Translations under genes and position numbers: made by a program
Shown here: piece by piece, positions 40,692-51,271 of the stretch
Position numbering within the stretch: position 1 is the first letter of the stretch
Layout of the letters: each line of letters opens with the position of its first letter
The notes under the pieces: model-generated
Told to the model about the DNA's origin: nothing
The model's database searches: none
What the model saw: the letters and a program-made list of their open reading frames with translations, nothing else
Assembly (NCBI GenBank): GCA_965225855.1
Contig: CBDDCK010000005.1
Span: 1,920,001 to 1,984,000 of the forward strand
DNA from: Spirochaetia bacterium
Lineage (GTDB): Bacteria > Spirochaetota > Spirochaetia > SP-2023
Length of the DNA stretch: 64,000 bases
Direction of reading: 5' to 3'

Positions 40692-40862
40692 AAAAATAAG
40701 CAAGCCATAGACTTCCTAAAACCCAACAACATCGTAGAAAGCCAAAACTGGGACGACCTCAAATAGGGCCAGTATGCCGATGCTTTGACCGTAGCCCACA
40801 GCGTCAATGCTGGCATTTTAGACGACTTGCACAATATCTGGCTATATATTGCGGGCCGATGA
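40692..40862 (+). pseudogene. Module E, MuF-like remnant (copy 3)
   Basis: KQAIDFLKPNNIVESQNWDDLK*GQYADALTVAHS; TAG at 40764. Confidence 0.55.
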
Positions 40863-41123
40863 CCCCAACTGCGATATATTGATACCGCCCAATGGTTGGC
40901 ATGGTTGGCGTTGCGCCTGCTATCGCATAGCCTTAAGCCTTTTGATTGGCATGGATTTTGAACCACCTTACAACACTAACACACAAAAAAAGTGCCCAAA
41001 CATAAAAAAACTTACAAAAAGCTTGTATAGGCCTTGACGCAACACCCCCCCTAGCAAAATGGGGATTTACAGACTAGCCCGTATGGGTTGGTTAATCTTT
41101 ATCCATTGTTGGAGGTATTGCTT

Positions 41124-43043
41124 ATGTATAAGCTCAAACTACTTTTATTGCCTGTAGCATTGCTACTGGCCTTTATGGCCTTGGCCTGCGCCCCACCCGA
41201 TGACGATGATCGATCTTCTGGGCCATCTTCTGGGCCGTCTATCAATAATGCCATCTACGACTTTGCTACGGCGCTGTTAACCGTACAAGGTACTGACTTA
41301 AGTCCTACAGAAGCCCAAATCCAAACCATCGTAGTAGATGGCGTAGCCTTAAGTTCCTATACTGCAGATGCCAAACCCACTGGGCCAGATAATAGCAATC
41401 TGGCAAAAGGTAAGTACCGTATGAAAAGCGATGGCACAGCGCTTTGGCTGAAACTTAAAGATGAACATAAAGCTGCTCTTGAGGCCAAGGTGGGTAGCAA
41501 TGGTCTAAAAAAAGGCTTGCTTAGCGTTAGCTCTGGTGCTTGGGCGGGTTTAGATACAGCCAAAGACTTAACCGTTAGCAATATACCCGATAAGCCATCT
41601 AAGCAAGCCAAACAGCAGTCGCCTAAGCAAGCTGAACAAGCTGAACAAGCCAAACAAGCTGAACAAGCCAAACAAGCTGAACAAGCCAAACAAGCTGAAC
41701 AAGCCAAACAAGCTGAACAAGCCGAACAAGCTGAACAAACCGAACAAGCTGAACAAGCCGAACAAGCCAAACAAGCTGAACAAGCCGAACAAGCTGAACA
41801 AGACGAACAAGTCGAACAAGTCGAACAAGTCGAACAAGCTGAAGATAAGCAGTCGCATGAACTACCCGAAGCCGAACAAACCGAAGAAGTCGAACAAGCT
41901 GAACAAGACGAACAAGCTGAAGAAACTGAAGAAGAGTCGCCTAAAGCTGCAATTACCGGTGCAACCTATGATGCTAATACAGGCTACTTAGAGATTACAG
42001 GTACTAATTTACCAGCAGCAGTTAGAGGCTGGGACTTTAGCAAATTGACGCTTGTATCCGGTGATGGTAACAAGAGATACCCATTACCCCGGCACTCAAC
42101 TATAGGTAGAAACACAGCCGCAGGTACTAGTCCAAGTGCAACAAGCTTAATGATTATTTTAAGAGGTACTGTAAAAGCCAAAGCCAATGCTATACTGGTT
42201 AACGATGGTGATAGTGATGATAATGGTGCATACAACCTGGAAGCAGCAGCAGGCTTTGCAGGTGGTAGCGCAGAAGACACAACCAATCCTATTACCGTTA
42301 GCGGGTATACAGCCAGCATCACCAGTGCAACCTACAATGCTAATACAGGCGAGTTATATATTAGTGGTATCAAGTTACCGAGAGCAGTTGCAGACTGGGA
42401 CTTTAGCAAATTGACGCTTGTATCCGGTGATGGTACTAGATACACACTACCCCGGCACGCAACTGAAGGTGTAAACAAAGCCACAGGTACTGTAGCAGGT
42501 GCAGCCTACTTAAGTATTACTTTAAGCGGTACTGTAAAAGCCAAAGCCAATGCTATACTGGTTAACGATGGTGATAGTGATGAGTTTGGCGCATACAACC
42601 TGGAAGCAGCAGCAGGATTTGTAGCTGGTAGCGAAGCAGACCCAACCACTGGTATTACAGTTAGTGGCTACACAAGCCAGATCAACTACGTAGTATACAG
42701 AATTCCTAGAAGCGTGTTAACTATTAGAGGTGTCAGGTTACCGAGAGCAGTTGCAGACTGGGACTTTAGCAAATTGACGCTTGTATCCGGTGATGGTAAG
42801 AAGAGATACACATTACCCCGGCACGCAACTGAAGGTGTAAACAAAGCCACAGGTTCTAGTGCAAGTGCAACAGGCATATCTATTACTTTAAGCGGTAGTG
42901 TAAAAGCCAAAGTCGAGGCTATACTGGTTAAGGTTGGTGATAGTGATAATAATGGTGCATACAACCTGGAAGCAGCAGCAGAATTTGTATCTGGTAGTAC
43001 AGAAGACCTAACCAATGCTATTACAGTTTTGAATTTTAAGTAG
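41124..43043 (+). CDS. Repeat-domain surface lipoprotein LP4 (X-stalk-Y-Y-Y)
   Basis: Lipobox MALA-C; 9-bp EQA/KQA repeats; promoter with C7 tract at 41045-41051. Confidence 0.88.
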   Translation: MYKLKLLLLPVALLLAFMALACAPPDDDDRSSGPSSGPSINNAIYDFATALLTVQGTDLSPTEAQIQTIVVDGVALSSYTADAKPTGPDNSNLAKGKYRMKSDGTALWLKLKDEHKAALEAKVGSNGLKKGLLSVSSGAWAGLDTAKDLTVSNIPDKPSKQAKQQSPKQAEQAEQAKQAEQAKQAEQAKQAEQAKQAEQAEQAEQTEQAEQAEQAKQAEQAEQAEQDEQVEQVEQVEQAEDKQSHELPEAEQTEEVEQAEQDEQAEETEEESPKAAITGATYDANTGYLEITGTNLPAAVRGWDFSKLTLVSGDGNKRYPLPRHSTIGRNTAAGTSPSATSLMIILRGTVKAKANAILVNDGDSDDNGAYNLEAAAGFAGGSAEDTTNPITVSGYTASITSATYNANTGELYISGIKLPRAVADWDFSKLTLVSGDGTRYTLPRHATEGVNKATGTVAGAAYLSITLSGTVKAKANAILVNDGDSDEFGAYNLEAAAGFVAGSEADPTTGITVSGYTSQINYVVYRIPRSVLTIRGVRLPRAVADWDFSKLTLVSGDGKKRYTLPRHATEGVNKATGSSASATGISITLSGSVKAKVEAILVKVGDSDNNGAYNLEAAAEFVSGSTEDLTNAITVLNFK

Positions 43044-43110
43044 GGTTTGGTTGTTGCGGTAAGCAAGGCTTGGTTGGCCTATTGTTAGCCATTAGACAAT
43101 ATTCTTAGTC

Positions 43111-43155
43111 GGCAAGCAAGGTTTGGTCTTTAGGCCAAACTTTGCTTGCCTTTTT
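43111..43155 (+). terminator. Intrinsic terminator after LP4
   Basis: ggcaagcaaggtttggtct-tt-aggccaaactttgcttgcc then TTTTT. Confidence 0.72.
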
Positions 43156-43242
43156 GGTGGTACTATGGCTAGCAAGTCGTTTCATTTTGCTTGCAACGTT
43201 TGCGCCGTTACAGTTATCTCCTTGGGATTTTTGCATAATAGA

Positions 43243-44616
43243 CTATGTGGTTGGATATGCCCTACTTTCTTTATGGATAATTTCAGCAACTTTTGAAAGT
43301 GGAATGCGTGATTGTTGCATCGTATCGCGAAAGCGCAGAGTAACGCATTGGTCGGTTTTGGTCTCTGGGTCAACGGTTAAGCAAAACGGTGTGCCAATTT
43401 CGTCCATGCGGCGATAGCGTTTGCCAATAGAACCTTGCTGGTCATAAAACACGTTATAGTCTTCTAGCTCTTTTTTTAGTTTACTTGCGATTTCAGGAAG
43501 GCCGTCTTTGTTCATCAATGGCAGTATGGCTAGGCGGTAGGGTGCTAGATTGGGATGGAAGCGCAGCACGGTGCGAGAATCTCCATTCTCTAAAGTTTGT
43601 TCACGATAAGCATCCAACAGGGTTACCAACACAGCACGAGTTAAGCCAGTAGACGTTTCAATCACATAGGGTATGTAGCGTTCTTGAGTTTGAGGGTCAA
43701 GGTATTGGATTTCCTTTCCACAAAATTCACCGTGGCGAGTTAGGTCATAGTCAGTGCGAGAATGGATACCTTCCATCTCTTCCCAGCCATGGGGATAGTG
43801 GTATTGTATGTCGCAAGCACCTTTGGCATAGTGGGCTAACTCATCGGGGCCGTGGGCTTCAAAGCGGAGGTTTTCAGCGCGTATGCCCATTTTTTCAGTG
43901 TACCAGCGCAAGCGTTTCTCTTTCCAAACAGCAAATTGTTGATCTTCTGTGCCCGGCTTCACGAAGTATTGCATCTCCATTTGCTCAAACTCACAGGTGC
44001 GGAATATAAAGTTGCGTGTGGTAATTTCATTGCGAAAGGCTTTGCCTACTTGGGCAATACCAAAGGGGATTGCTAGACGATTGGTGTCTACCACGTTTTT
44101 AAAGTTGACGAAAATCCCTTGGGCGGTTTCTGGACGCAAGTACAATTGCATTCCCGAACTTTCTACAGGCCCTAAGGTTGTGCTAAACATTAGGTTAAAG
44201 TTTCGTGGTTCTGTGAGCTCTCCACTGCAAGATGGACATTTGCGCCTCGCAATGATTTCTGGCTTTAAGTGGTCAGCTCGGTAGCGCGTCTTGCAGAGTT
44301 TGCAGTCGACTAACGGGTCACTAAAGTTGTCAACATGGCCAGAAGCTTCCCAAGTACGCGGGTGCATCAATATGGCTGCATCCAGCCCAATGATGTTTTC
44401 ATGGTGGCGTGTCATCTGATTCCACCAAAGGTTGTGGATATTTCTCTTTAGCTCTACCCCTAAAGGTCCATAGTCCCAAGTGGCACTCAAACCGCCATAG
44501 ATTTCACTAGATGGGTAGACAAAACCCCTACGTTTACATAGTGCCACTATTTTATCCATGCTGGCACCGTCTTGATTCGCTACTTTGTGGGTGTTGTCTG
44601 CTTTGTTTTTTGCCAT
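43243..44616 (-). CDS. glyQS: Glycine--tRNA ligase (alpha2 type)
   Basis: KRRGFVYPSSEIYGG, DYGPLG, YLRPETAQGIF, FRNEI, EFEQME, SIGKRYRRMDEIGTP; start uncertain (44634, 44616 or 44559). Confidence 0.97.
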   Translation of the reverse strand: MAKNKADNTHKVANQDGASMDKIVALCKRRGFVYPSSEIYGGLSATWDYGPLGVELKRNIHNLWWNQMTRHHENIIGLDAAILMHPRTWEASGHVDNFSDPLVDCKLCKTRYRADHLKPEIIARRKCPSCSGELTEPRNFNLMFSTTLGPVESSGMQLYLRPETAQGIFVNFKNVVDTNRLAIPFGIAQVGKAFRNEITTRNFIFRTCEFEQMEMQYFVKPGTEDQQFAVWKEKRLRWYTEKMGIRAENLRFEAHGPDELAHYAKGACDIQYHYPHGWEEMEGIHSRTDYDLTRHGEFCGKEIQYLDPQTQERYIPYVIETSTGLTRAVLVTLLDAYREQTLENGDSRTVLRFHPNLAPYRLAILPLMNKDGLPEIASKLKKELEDYNVFYDQQGSIGKRYRRMDEIGTPFCLTVDPETKTDQCVTLRFRDTMQQSRIPLSKVAEIIHKESRAYPTT

Positions 44617-44728
44617 AATTTCGCTGTTCTCCAATTATTTTTTCATTGCTTTGTGGGGCGAGAACCCCAGTTTTTTGCTTTGTTTGTCGTGGTGCTTTGG
44701 TTTTCCTATCGGTGGCTTACTGTGCCAT

Positions 44729-45169
44729 TCACTTGGAAAACAAGGCCCAGAGTTTATACGATAAGGGCTTGTTCGCCAAGACATACAGGCTTTGATTCGT
44801 TGCTTTATGGGGGTTGTCTGCTGTTGTTTTAGCCATAATTTTGTGGTCTTCAGAGATGGCAAAGCTGCGCCAATAGTATTGGCTTTCGTGCTTTGAGCCT
44901 TCCGATATGCGCTCTCTATTGAATATATCGTAGCGGCCTTGGAAGTTTTGGGCGGCAGCTTCCTCTTTGACTATGGCTTTCTTAGGGGGTGGTTCTGTTG
45001 CTATCGCAGCTTGCTTTGCTACGGTTGGGGCAGCTGAAACCAACGTTTCCGTTTCTATTATGGGTGCTACTTGAATGTTTTTGGTTTGGACGCAGCCTAG
45101 CATTGTCGCCAAGCTAAGGCAGCTGAAAAGGGCAAAGGCAGCAAAGGCCTTGATGGTTTGTACAGGCAT
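44729..45169 (-). CDS. Hypothetical lipoprotein
   Basis: Hydrophobic leader ending MLG-C; no recognised domain. Confidence 0.5.
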   Translation of the reverse strand: MPVQTIKAFAAFALFSCLSLATMLGCVQTKNIQVAPIIETETLVSAAPTVAKQAAIATEPPPKKAIVKEEAAAQNFQGRYDIFNRERISEGSKHESQYYWRSFAISEDHKIMAKTTADNPHKATNQSLYVLANKPLSYKLWALFSK

Positions 45170-45728
45170 ATTCTATGTTATCGGCAAATTATTGCGCTTG
45201 ATTACCATGATAATGATGTTGTTTGCAGCTCCTAGTTGCTGCCAAGGTAGCCTCCGACAAAATGGGCTTTTAATGGGAGAATCACGGGCCTTGCTAGCAA
45301 ATAAAACCCAAGCAATGCTTGTTTTCCCGCAATAATCCACCTGTGTCTCTATGATTTTAAATGCCTTTATTTTCGTAAACTTATTGAATTGTCATCGCTA
45401 TCGAATCAATTTATCATCGGTGTTTGGTCTATGTATCGTTGATTGGTACTTAGATTATCTGTGATAGTCGAAGGTGTTGATTGCGGTTATTGCCTTGGTT
45501 ACCACTATATTTCATGTTGTCAAAGGTCGGGGTTCGCTGGGTATATCGCAGTATTTTGAGTGCTGGAAAATCTATTTTTACGGCAAATTAGGCCGTATAT
45601 GCTAGCCATAAAAGGGAAAGTTCACTAGAATCCGCTGCGACAGCCTGCCTTTACCAAGCTCGTATGCAATGTGCATGTAGTGGATTGGGGGCTGATTATC
45701 TTATTTTACAGGAGGCATAATTCTCAAT

Positions 45729-46433
45729 ATGCAAACTCTTAAACACATATCAAGCTACCTTGCTGTAGCAAGCCTAGGCTTTCTTTCTGCCTGTGCTTCG
45801 GTGCAAATAACCAAAGTAAAGCCGCCGCAAAACCTCGCTGATAAGCCCGTACTACAGCTAGAAACATCGGGCGGCTTGTTGGGTGGCTTGGGCAGTAAGG
45901 GCGACTTTACCCTCGGCTCTAACTATAGTGGCTCTTTTAAACGCTTGGCTTCCAAAAATGCTTTAGGCCGATTAAGCGGCTCTAGAAGCGAACTAACAGC
46001 CACTATCATCAACAAAGGCACGGGCCAAGAATACCAATTAAACTGCGCTAGTGGCAGTGTTGAAATCGATGGTCCTGTTGGCCTTAAAGTCCAAGAAAAC
46101 TTTACCTGTTCGATTGATTTGAATGGACAACAGGTTGGCAACTATGAGATTGCCGAAGCCGATGGCGGTATTATGGGCCCCCAAGGTGCGGTGAAAGGCG
46201 GCATTCAAATCGGCGATGTCCAGTATAGCTTGTTTTCGGTTCATCAAGCAGAAGGTATGCTGATACCTAGCGAGAAACCACTGGGTTATATCATCAAAAA
46301 GCATGATACTGCGGTGGCAGTTATCCAAGTGCAAGGAGCTAAGTTTTCGCTACAGCCCGACACTCTTGCCGATAAAGAAACCGATGCTCTGGTAATTGCC
46401 ACGATTGCCAGTACACTGCGCATTGCCAATTAA
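45729..46433 (+). CDS. Hypothetical lipoprotein
   Basis: RBS AGGAGG; FLSA-C lipobox; beta-rich body. Confidence 0.75.
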   Translation: MQTLKHISSYLAVASLGFLSACASVQITKVKPPQNLADKPVLQLETSGGLLGGLGSKGDFTLGSNYSGSFKRLASKNALGRLSGSRSELTATIINKGTGQEYQLNCASGSVEIDGPVGLKVQENFTCSIDLNGQQVGNYEIAEADGGIMGPQGAVKGGIQIGDVQYSLFSVHQAEGMLIPSEKPLGYIIKKHDTAVAVIQVQGAKFSLQPDTLADKETDALVIATIASTLRIAN

Positions 46434-46552
46434 GTCGAAAGTTTAGCGCAGACTCTCTGTGTTGTTTGTTCGCGCTCTTTGGTTGGCAAAGGGATTATTT
46501 GCGATTATCGATCAGGCAGTCTGTGATTCAAAACTAGATTATCCATGATTCT

Positions 46553-46580
46553 AGGCCAGCTTGTCGCTGGCCTTTTGTTT
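46553..46580 (+). terminator. Intrinsic terminator
   Basis: aggccagc-ttgtc-gctggcct followed by tttgttt. Confidence 0.6.
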
Positions 46581-46637
46581 GACCATCGCCGATAGCAACG
46601 CCGGCAACCGGCTACTGTGGCCGGTGATTGTTTGGGC

Positions 46638-48905
46638 TTAGGCGTCTAAACTGCCTTGGCCTAGTAGGGCTTTACGCAGAGTTTGGTGTTGGGCTTGTAG
46701 CAAAGCATAGTCGTTATTCAATAACTCTATAGCATCTAAGCGGGCACGTTCGAGTATTTCCAAGTCGTCTGGAATCTTGGCAATGCGCAATTCCATACTG
46801 CCAGACTGTTGATTTCCAAGCAGATCGCCGGGGCCTCGTAGCTTTAAATCTTTCTCGGCAATCGCAAAACCATCACTACAATCCTTTAGGGTCAGCAGGC
46901 GTTCTTTGGCCAAAGTGCTAAGCCCTGCTTCTTGATATACTAGAAAGCTGTAGCCTTGATCGTGGCCTCGGCCCACGCGACCGCGCAATTGGTGGAGCTG
47001 GGCTAAGCCAAAGCGTTCGGCATGTTCGATGACAATCACGCTGGCATTCGGCACATCAACCCCCACTTCTACCACAGTCGTTGCCAATAGGATTTGCACT
47101 TCATTCGCGCGAAACGCTTCCATAGCGGCATCTTTTTGACTTTGTGTCATCTGGCCATGCACGATAGCTAGCTTATAAGTACTAAAGATTTGCTGTAATT
47201 GTTGCTGCATTTGTTCAATACTGCGCAAGGGCTGGGCCTGGTTATTGGCCGATTCTGCTTGCCACTCTGCAGGAGATTCGCCTTCGGTATTAGCGCTAAT
47301 CAACGGGTAAATAAAGTATACTTGGCGGCCAGCACCCAGCTCTTGCTGGATAAAAGCATACATTTTTGAGTCGTTCCCTTGACGTACTAGGTGGGTCTTT
47401 ATGCTTTTGCGATCGTTAGGCATGGTGGTTATGGAAGAGATTTCCAAGTCCCCATACAGGGTAAGTGCTAGAGTCCGAGGGATAGGAGTTGCGCTCATCA
47501 ACAGCAGATGCGGCGGTTGCGGGGCTTTATGTTTGAGGGCTAGGCGTTGTGCTACACCGAAACGGTGCTGTTCATCAACAATGATGTAGCGCAAATTGGC
47601 AAACTCAACAGCTTGCGAAAACAGGGCATGGGTGCCGACTAGCAGGCGGATTTCCCCCGTACTCAATTGGCGTAGGACTTGTTTGCGCTTGGCTCCAGTA
47701 ACTGAACCCGATAAAAAGCCGGTTTGCCCTAAGCTTTGCCTTACTTGGGCCGTTGCTTGTAAAAAGTGCTCTTTGCTCGATTCTTCTAAGCTTTGGCGCA
47801 GTGCTTCAAAGTTATGCAGCAGCTGTCGTGCCAAGATTTCCGTAGGAGCCATTAACACAACTTGTGCACCTTGCTCTAGCCAAGGCAGGGTACTGAGCAA
47901 GGCTACTATGGTTTTGCCCGAGCCAACATCACCTTGCAGCAGGCGATTCATCGGCACATCGAGGGTGAAACTGTGCAATATTTGCTCTAAGGCACTGTGC
48001 TGTCCTGGGCTCAATTCAAATGGCAAGCTGTTTTGAGCTTGGCGTAATAGAGTGCCTGTGTCTTGCAGACAAAAGCCCAAAGTCGCTTGCTTTTGCAAGC
48101 CACGATGCTGCTCTAAGCGCCGTCTCTGGATTAGTAACATGATGATCAGCAGTTCTTCATAGACTAAACTACGGTGGGCTTGGGCTAGATTGTCTGTGCT
48201 TTCGGGGAAATGTATCTGGCACAGTGCGTCCTTCTTTGGCAGTAAATTGTGTTTGTGTTGCAAGTATGTGGGCAGCTCATCTTCAATGGCAAAACTAAAA
48301 TGTTGCAGAGCTTGGGCCATGGCACTGCGCAATTGCTTTTGACTTAGCCCTTGGCCTAGGGGGTAAACTGGTAGTAGGCAGGCAAATTCACTGCCGTTAT
48401 AGCCACCAATTGCTAGTGCTTGTGCTGCCTTTTTTCTATTAGAGTTAGGGGATTTATCTGCGACATTGGGTTTTGCCATCGGCTCTACTTCAAAGGTAAA
48501 GCTACTACTTTGTAGTTGGTTATAGCGGATTTGGAACTTGCCTGCCACATGGATTTGTCTGCCGACTGCCAGTTGTTGGGCCAAGAAGTTGCGGCCAAAG
48601 CACAGCAAGCTCGCCGATAATTGCTCATCAGATACAATAACTTTTAAGGCATTGTTTGCGCCTCGCCAATGGATATATTGGTGCTCTACTATCTTAACGC
48701 GGGTATAAAAGTAGCCTTCCTTGTGGCTTACGCTTTGGTAAATCTGCATTAGGCTACAAGGTTCTAGGTGATCGAGATAGCGGAAAGGGTAGTGTTGCAG
48801 CAGATCACCAATCTGTTGTATCTGCAAACGGCCCAGATTCTCACAGGCTTTTGTACCAAGACCTTTCAGTTGAGCTACATTTTGATGCAAATCTTTTAGT
48901 AGCAA
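46638..48905 (-). CDS. recG: ATP-dependent DNA helicase RecG
   Basis: RLLQGDVGSGKT, MAPTEILA, DEQHRFGV, MSATPIPRTL, QLHQLRGRVGRG, DLKLRGPG. Confidence 0.97.
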   Translation of the reverse strand: MLLKDLHQNVAQLKGLGTKACENLGRLQIQQIGDLLQHYPFRYLDHLEPCSLMQIYQSVSHKEGYFYTRVKIVEHQYIHWRGANNALKVIVSDEQLSASLLCFGRNFLAQQLAVGRQIHVAGKFQIRYNQLQSSSFTFEVEPMAKPNVADKSPNSNRKKAAQALAIGGYNGSEFACLLPVYPLGQGLSQKQLRSAMAQALQHFSFAIEDELPTYLQHKHNLLPKKDALCQIHFPESTDNLAQAHRSLVYEELLIIMLLIQRRRLEQHRGLQKQATLGFCLQDTGTLLRQAQNSLPFELSPGQHSALEQILHSFTLDVPMNRLLQGDVGSGKTIVALLSTLPWLEQGAQVVLMAPTEILARQLLHNFEALRQSLEESSKEHFLQATAQVRQSLGQTGFLSGSVTGAKRKQVLRQLSTGEIRLLVGTHALFSQAVEFANLRYIIVDEQHRFGVAQRLALKHKAPQPPHLLLMSATPIPRTLALTLYGDLEISSITTMPNDRKSIKTHLVRQGNDSKMYAFIQQELGAGRQVYFIYPLISANTEGESPAEWQAESANNQAQPLRSIEQMQQQLQQIFSTYKLAIVHGQMTQSQKDAAMEAFRANEVQILLATTVVEVGVDVPNASVIVIEHAERFGLAQLHQLRGRVGRGHDQGYSFLVYQEAGLSTLAKERLLTLKDCSDGFAIAEKDLKLRGPGDLLGNQQSGSMELRIAKIPDDLEILERARLDAIELLNNDYALLQAQHQTLRKALLGQGSLDA

Positions 48906-48924
48906 AAGGGGCCTTCCTTCTTCG

Positions 48925-49575
48925 TTAAATTCTGGTCAAGACAGAAAGAAGCAAACCGTTTAGCCACAATGTTGCTAGGCTTAGTAGATAAATCGCCAGT
49001 GATGTAATGGCGAGTAATGCGGTGATTTGCATGGTGATCTTGCTGCGCTGCATGTTGAGGAAGCGAAGCGGGCCGTTGATTAATTTGCCGATCCAGACAT
49101 CAATATGGCTTATAGCTAGATTGTATTTGTTGCTAAACAAAGCGCTACAGAGACGGAAAAACAGCAGTAAAGCACAAACAATCAATAGAGTTTGTACCAT
49201 CGAAACGATGAATGTCAAAAACTGAAAAACCATGCTTAGGAATACGACTCCAAAGGGTGCGCTTTGGGTTGCACGCAAAGAGCCGATGAACCTCTGCAAC
49301 AAACTAATGCTAAATAGTGCAAAGATGGGGGATAAGTCGATGATTCCACCGATGACTGTAAATGGCAAACGGCGGAAGAATCGCAAGAAAGGGTCGGTGA
49401 CCAAGCAGAGCCAGTAACCAAGGGTGTGTGTTTCTAAGGTATAACTATTGACAATCCAAGAGAGTATAATGCGGGCAATCAATAGGTAATAATAGGCACT
49501 TAGCAATAAGTTTAGTAAAGCAAATATTTGGGAAGCGAGCATAGAGGCAATGAGCATAGTATAAACACCAATCAA
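48925..49575 (-). CDS. yggT: YggT-family membrane protein
   Basis: RIILSW, VTDPFLRFFRR, IDLSPI. Confidence 0.8.
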   Translation of the reverse strand: MIGVYTMLIASMLASQIFALLNLLLSAYYYLLIARIILSWIVNSYTLETHTLGYWLCLVTDPFLRFFRRLPFTVIGGIIDLSPIFALFSISLLQRFIGSLRATQSAPFGVVFLSMVFQFLTFIVSMVQTLLIVCALLLFFRLCSALFSNKYNLAISHIDVWIGKLINGPLRFLNMQRSKITMQITALLAITSLAIYLLSLATLWLNGLLLSVLTRI

Positions 49576-49615
49576 ACTTTATCGAAATGTAAGGGGGATC
49601 ACTGCAATAAGAATA

Positions 49616-51052
49616 TTACAATTTCTCTATCAACATAGAGCATTTACCAGAAGGAATGGGTAAAGTCTTTCTTTTATAGTTCAAAATATCAACGGTAAAA
49701 TAGTAAAGTTTCTCCGATTCCAAGCGGATTTCCCAGCCACGAAAGGTTTTGCGTGTCTGAATGGAAATAACGTTGCGCCTCAATGATAGGTTGCGTATAC
49801 CCATTTCTTCTATATTGGGAATCACCCAGTCCACCGTTTTACGTGGTAGACTAATATTCAAGCCTAAAATGGTTTCAATGAACAGATTCACCGTAATTAG
49901 AGACGTCATATGTGCATAGCCACCCTGTGCACACATAAAGTTGCCGCTGTTATCTGGGCTTGGCATCAGTGCCGGTTTGTTTTCATAGGGCATGTAGGCC
50001 TGCCAAAAATCATGCTGATATTCACTTTCGAGAAAGTATGTATCCAAGATATGGTACATATGCATAATGGCAAATTCACGGGCCTGACGATGGTATTGGT
50101 AGGCTTCTAGCCCTTTTATAATAACAAAATTCAATGCAGGCATAACCGAACCATAGCAGCCACGGCCTTCCGCACTGAAGTCCGGATGATGTTGGGCCAA
50201 AGAGGGGAAGGGGTTTTCTGAACCAAACCACTCTGGGGTTCTCAATTTGCTCATCATTCGTTCTAAACGTTCTTCGTTTAACACATCACAAAGTAGCAGC
50301 CAATAACTACATAAGGTTGCACTGCCAATCATTTTTCCTTTTCTATCCAAATCGTAGAAAAAATTAGTATTAGGGTTCCACATTTGGTTCATGATCCGTG
50401 TTTTTAACGAAAAGTAATATTTGCGATAGCGGAAGGCAATTTCTTTATCATTGAGCAAATCGCCAATGATGGCCATATAATAGGCATTGAGTAGTTGTTG
50501 GGCATTAAAATCAATTAGGTAAACAGCGTTATCTTGTTGACGAGCCGAGTTTTGCCAACCGACTGCAGCTAGGGGGGCTTTTAACAAACCTAATTTTTTA
50601 TCGTAAAATTGGGCATCAATCCACTCAAAATATTTTTCCAAAACTGGAAAAATATTTTGAATACGTTTTTTCATACCAACTTTGTGATAAAAATGGTACT
50701 CAATCCAGGAAAATAACGGAGGATTGACATTTTCTGGATTCCCTTCTTGTGGAATAACTTCACCGCTTTGAAAGTCATAATTAGCCCGAATGGCCCCATC
50801 TTCTTCTTGAAACTGGTAAAAATAATCAATTTGCTGAATGGCCAGTAGAGGTTTTTCCTGATATACCAGAGAGAAAGCAAACATAGTTGTTTCAAATTGA
50901 TTTAACACACTAGAATTGGATTTATGAAATAAAAAAGATTTTGGTTCATCTGGGTCTGTGTACCAAAATTTTTCCAGTTTTAGCCAAGTTTTTTGATAAC
51001 CTTGAATAAAGTCCTGATCGTAATAGATCAATTTGGGGAAATCTATATCCAC
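49616..51052 (-). CDS. MGH1/GH63-like (alpha/alpha)6 glycoside hydrolase
   Basis: NPPLFSW, MWNP..FFYD, NPFPSL, G.V.P.LN..IIKGL pattern. Confidence 0.7.
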   Translation of the reverse strand: MDIDFPKLIYYDQDFIQGYQKTWLKLEKFWYTDPDEPKSFLFHKSNSSVLNQFETTMFAFSLVYQEKPLLAIQQIDYFYQFQEEDGAIRANYDFQSGEVIPQEGNPENVNPPLFSWIEYHFYHKVGMKKRIQNIFPVLEKYFEWIDAQFYDKKLGLLKAPLAAVGWQNSARQQDNAVYLIDFNAQQLLNAYYMAIIGDLLNDKEIAFRYRKYYFSLKTRIMNQMWNPNTNFFYDLDRKGKMIGSATLCSYWLLLCDVLNEERLERMMSKLRTPEWFGSENPFPSLAQHHPDFSAEGRGCYGSVMPALNFVIIKGLEAYQYHRQAREFAIMHMYHILDTYFLESEYQHDFWQAYMPYENKPALMPSPDNSGNFMCAQGGYAHMTSLITVNLFIETILGLNISLPRKTVDWVIPNIEEMGIRNLSLRRNVISIQTRKTFRGWEIRLESEKLYYFTVDILNYKRKTLPIPSGKCSMLIEKL

Positions 51053-51271
51053 AAAATATCTCCTAAATTAAGGGAAGCTATCTCTAATCTATTGGAACAC
51101 GAGTTAAAGTAAATAGCCCAACGCAATAATCAAGAATCGGCCAAATGGCTAGAAAGCCCAACCGCAAATTTTACGAAAATGCCTGATTGATAAAAAATTG
51201 GAGTAGTTAAATATGCGTATGCCTACTATATTCATTCAACGGTCTTGTATCTTTTATTATTTTGGTGAACA

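Noticed and set aside
45170..45728. Structured RNA or riboswitch in a long intergenic region
   Set aside because: No recognisable T-box, riboswitch or tRNA motif by eye; an Rfam/Infernal scan would be needed.
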